Positions 49,176 to 51,697 of a stretch of DNA of 51,697 nt are shown piece by piece. The stretch is from Legionellaceae bacterium (GTDB lineage: Bacteria; Pseudomonadota; Gammaproteobacteria; CBCSKA01). The notes under the pieces are model-generated. The model was given only the letters and a program-made list of their open reading frames with translations. It was not told where the DNA came from and ran no database searches. The stretch is from assembly GCA_965140885.1 (NCBI GenBank), contig CBCSKA010000148.1, positions 1 to 51,697 of the forward strand. Direction: 5' to 3'. The position numbers were made by a program, and so were the translations under genes. The stretch's first letter is position 1, and every line of letters begins with the position of its first letter.

Positions 49176-49630
49176 CAGATCCTTTAACACTTGCCGTTGG
49201 TCTAGGTTTAGCAATTAGTCTAATCTTTACTGAATTTTTTGGCTTAAAAGCCGGTGGAATGATAGTGCCAGGTTATATGGCAATAAACTTAATTCATCCA
49301 GTTCCTATTATTTTGACACTTATTACAGCAGCTGCGGCATTTTTTTTAGTAAGGGGATTATCTTCGTTTTTAATCATATTTGGACATCGTCGACGCGCCT
49401 TGATCGTATTAGTTGCTTTTATTTTAGGCGCAATTGGCCATCATTTATTTACCCATATCATTAGTAATAATACGAGTGATGCTTATAATGTTGTTGGATT
49501 TTTGACGCCAGGATTAATTGCATCATCTTTTGATAAACAAGGGATTATTGAAACCTGTGCAACAATTTTTACTATTTCCATTATTGTTAGATTAATTTTA
49601 ATTCTTTGTATTGGTTCGGCACTGACATAA
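49172..49630 (+). CDS. pgsC: PgsC/CapC poly-gamma-glutamate synthesis membrane protein
   Basis: 152 aa with 4-5 TM segments, colinear with B. subtilis PgsC (LIF.E..G...GG.IVPGY, G.RR.A, PGLIA....KQG). Confidence 0.85.
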   Translation: MTDPLTLAVGLGLAISLIFTEFFGLKAGGMIVPGYMAINLIHPVPIILTLITAAAAFFLVRGLSSFLIIFGHRRRALIVLVAFILGAIGHHLFTHIISNNTSDAYNVVGFLTPGLIASSFDKQGIIETCATIFTISIIVRLILILCIGSALT

Positions 49631-50769
49631 TGAAAAAACTCTATTGGCAATCCCATCGCTTTTCACGTTTAACCTTATTATTTGTATGTTTATTATCTTT
49701 TGTTGGTATTATTACGGTTGAAAAATTTAAAACTTATATCCCACAAAATTATTATCATGAAAAACTTGCCGCGACATTATTAACAAAACAATGCATGCTT
49801 GCTATAAAAAAGTATCGTTTAAAAAAACATATTCCTATTGAATACGAAAACGATCCTCAACATTCGGGACTTATTGGCGAAGCCTTTAATTTTTTAACCA
49901 CCGGACACGGTAGTTTAACCGCGAAACAAACATCAATTAATCCGAATTTTTCTGCATTAATTGTTGCTTGGTTAAAAAGTATTGGAATAAAAGCGGGGGA
50001 TACTATTGCTTTAGGGATGAATGGTTCTTATCCTGCATTAAATATTGCTGTATTAGCCGCAGCAAAAACCCTACAGTTAAAGCCTATTTTAATAGTTAAT
50101 ATGTCTTCTACACAATGGGGGGGCAATATTCCTCGCTTGTTATGGTTGGATATGTTATCCATTTTGAATAAGCAAGATTTAATTCCCTATACTCCTATTG
50201 CAGCAACAATAGCAGAAACTAAAAATCAATTGAAAAATAATCCTAGAAAATCCAATTATTATTTACTTAAATTAATCAAAAAATATAAAATCCCTTTTAT
50301 TGATACCATAGATAATAGCGATATTATAACTAAAAGAATGAATATTTATTATGAGCAAGCAAAAAAGAATCATAGCCCTATTAAAATTTATATTAATGTA
50401 GGAAGTAGTGTTACCGTACATCGAAAACTGGGAAAACATAAAAATATAAAACCGGGGTTAAATACAATAATACCTATCGCAGCCGCAACAAGTGATTCTG
50501 TTATGTTGCGATTCATGAAAAATGGGATACCCATTATTAATTTAACCAATATTGAAACATTAGCAGAAAAATATGAATTACCTATTTCACCTTCTACTCA
50601 TCCTATACTAGGAAAAGGTAATATCTTTTTTGAAAAACATTATAATACTTATTTAGCTATCACTTATTTATTCGCTATTTTGGTTTTTTTAATACTATCC
50701 ACTATCTTAAATAAAGCACGTTTTAATCGACATTATAATTCAGGTGTCAAAACTACGCATGAAGAATAA
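49630..50769 (+). CDS. membrane-anchored protein of the poly-gamma-glutamate cluster (not CapA/PgsA-like; possibly the alternative PGA-system protein)
   Basis: 379 aa with N- and C-terminal TM helices flanking a large soluble domain. The start overlaps the pgsC stop (TAATG). The functional assignment rests on operon context only. Confidence 0.55.
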   Translation: MKKLYWQSHRFSRLTLLFVCLLSFVGIITVEKFKTYIPQNYYHEKLAATLLTKQCMLAIKKYRLKKHIPIEYENDPQHSGLIGEAFNFLTTGHGSLTAKQTSINPNFSALIVAWLKSIGIKAGDTIALGMNGSYPALNIAVLAAAKTLQLKPILIVNMSSTQWGGNIPRLLWLDMLSILNKQDLIPYTPIAATIAETKNQLKNNPRKSNYYLLKLIKKYKIPFIDTIDNSDIITKRMNIYYEQAKKNHSPIKIYINVGSSVTVHRKLGKHKNIKPGLNTIIPIAAATSDSVMLRFMKNGIPIINLTNIETLAEKYELPISPSTHPILGKGNIFFEKHYNTYLAITYLFAILVFLILSTILNKARFNRHYNSGVKTTHEE

Positions 50770-50772
50770 GCC

Positions 50773-51456
50773 ATGAAAAAAAAAATTTCTTTCCTCCTTT
50801 TAATTTTCATTACTATCCTTTTAATTAGTTTAAGTATTATTTATCCTAAACAAATCATTACTCATTTAAATCAATTGAAATTTTATACTGAAAATCATCT
50901 TGTAATTGCTATAATTTCCTTTATTAGTATTTATATTTTATCAACGATAATTATTTTTTTACCCATTTCTTTTCTAACCTTAATTGGTGGGTGGTTATTT
51001 GGCCCTTTATTAGGATGTACTTGTAATTTCTGTGGAGCATTAATAGGCGCATCTCTTTCTTTTTTAGTATCCCGCTATTTTGCAAAAAATTGGATATTAA
51101 AACATATGAATTCTCGCTTAAACATGGTAAGGCAAGGAATTTCACAAGCAGGATGGAAATTTGTTGCTTTAGCACGTTTAATTCCTTTATTACCGTTTAA
51201 TGTTATTAATTGCTTACTGGGATTAACTGATATTAAATTTAAAGAATATTTATTGGCTACGGCTTTTTTTATACTTCCAGCTAAAATTGCCTATACTTAT
51301 GTAGGTTCTTTAGGCTTAGCTTTTATTAGCCATCCCCAAAAAAGTGATATGATAAAAATGATCTATGCTGTAGGCATGCTTATTACTATTGCGATAACCC
51401 CTTACGTTATTCGTTATTTTAAAAAAAATAAATTAGTGATTAAGAGAGTATTATAA
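50773..51456 (+). CDS. DedA/TVP38-TMEM64 (SNARE-associated) family membrane protein
   Basis: 227 aa, polytopic, with the family core GGWLFGPLLG...G...G...F..SR and LIPLLPFNVINCLLGLT. Starts 3 nt after the preceding gene. Confidence 0.8.
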   Translation: MKKKISFLLLIFITILLISLSIIYPKQIITHLNQLKFYTENHLVIAIISFISIYILSTIIIFLPISFLTLIGGWLFGPLLGCTCNFCGALIGASLSFLVSRYFAKNWILKHMNSRLNMVRQGISQAGWKFVALARLIPLLPFNVINCLLGLTDIKFKEYLLATAFFILPAKIAYTYVGSLGLAFISHPQKSDMIKMIYAVGMLITIAITPYVIRYFKKNKLVIKRVL

Positions 51457-51661
51457 AAATTTTATAAAAATTAAGTAATAACCCATCATCATTTTTATAT
51501 ATAAACTATTAGTGATTAATAAGTATGTAAAACGTAATACATTGACAAGAGCTGATAACCAATCCTTTGAAGTCACTGATAAAATCCCTTTTCTTTCAGC
51601 TCTGTATCAATGTAGTGTTAGTATAGCTAATTCCTTGTAAATTGGATATAATTATTAATTT

Positions 51662-51697
51662 ATGACCTATTCAATCGATTTTAGAAAACATGTGTTA
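51662..51697 (+). mobile_element. first 12 codons of an IS630-family-like transposase (truncated by the window end)
   Basis: MTYSIDFRKHVL resembles the conserved M.YS.DFR.KV N-terminus of IS630/Tc1-mariner-type transposases as I remember them. Only 36 nt are visible. Confidence 0.3.

Overview
AT-rich (roughly one-third G+C by eye) gammaproteobacterial chromosome segment. Product calls come from motifs and remembered homologues, not database searches. Most of it is conserved housekeeping genes in E. coli-like micro-synteny blocks: rbfA-truB, yjgA/pmbA, kdsC-lptC/A-lptB-rpoN-hpf-ptsO, rnpB, dps, rep, groES-groEL with a perfect CIRCE operator, dapD, rluC/rne, dprA-smg-topA, ubiA, pbpC, argS plus a SPOR protein, rmuC, asd, and phhB followed by tRNA-Arg(CCU). 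Between these sit orphan Asn/Lys/Glu-rich ORFs. Two of them carry long bilobed hydrophobic hairpins like those of vacuole-membrane effectors, so a Legionellales/Coxiella-like intracellular lifestyle is my inference only. The most unusual signal is a dispersed 264-265 nt element of about 53 percent G+C. It is densely self-complementary and present in three near-identical intergenic copies (15244-15507 +, 24511-24774 +, 45976-46240 -). None adjoins a transposase or other mobility gene. One copy is fused as a 3' trailer to tRNA-Arg, and another sits just upstream of the groESL promoter. I could not assign it to any known RNA or IS family, so it is a candidate novel structured RNA or non-autonomous mobile element. 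Other notable items: a single-ORF LptC-LptA fusion; a tightly coupled poly-gamma-glutamate-type operon (pgsB-pgsC-unknown membrane protein-DedA/TVP38) whose PgsB-like ligase appears to lack two Mur-ligase catalytic residues; a GadC-like permease coupled to a large coiled-coil porin; a probable rRNA-operon leader at the left edge; and the first 12 codons of an IS630-like transposase at the right edge. No CRISPR array, prophage or recognisable defence system was seen.
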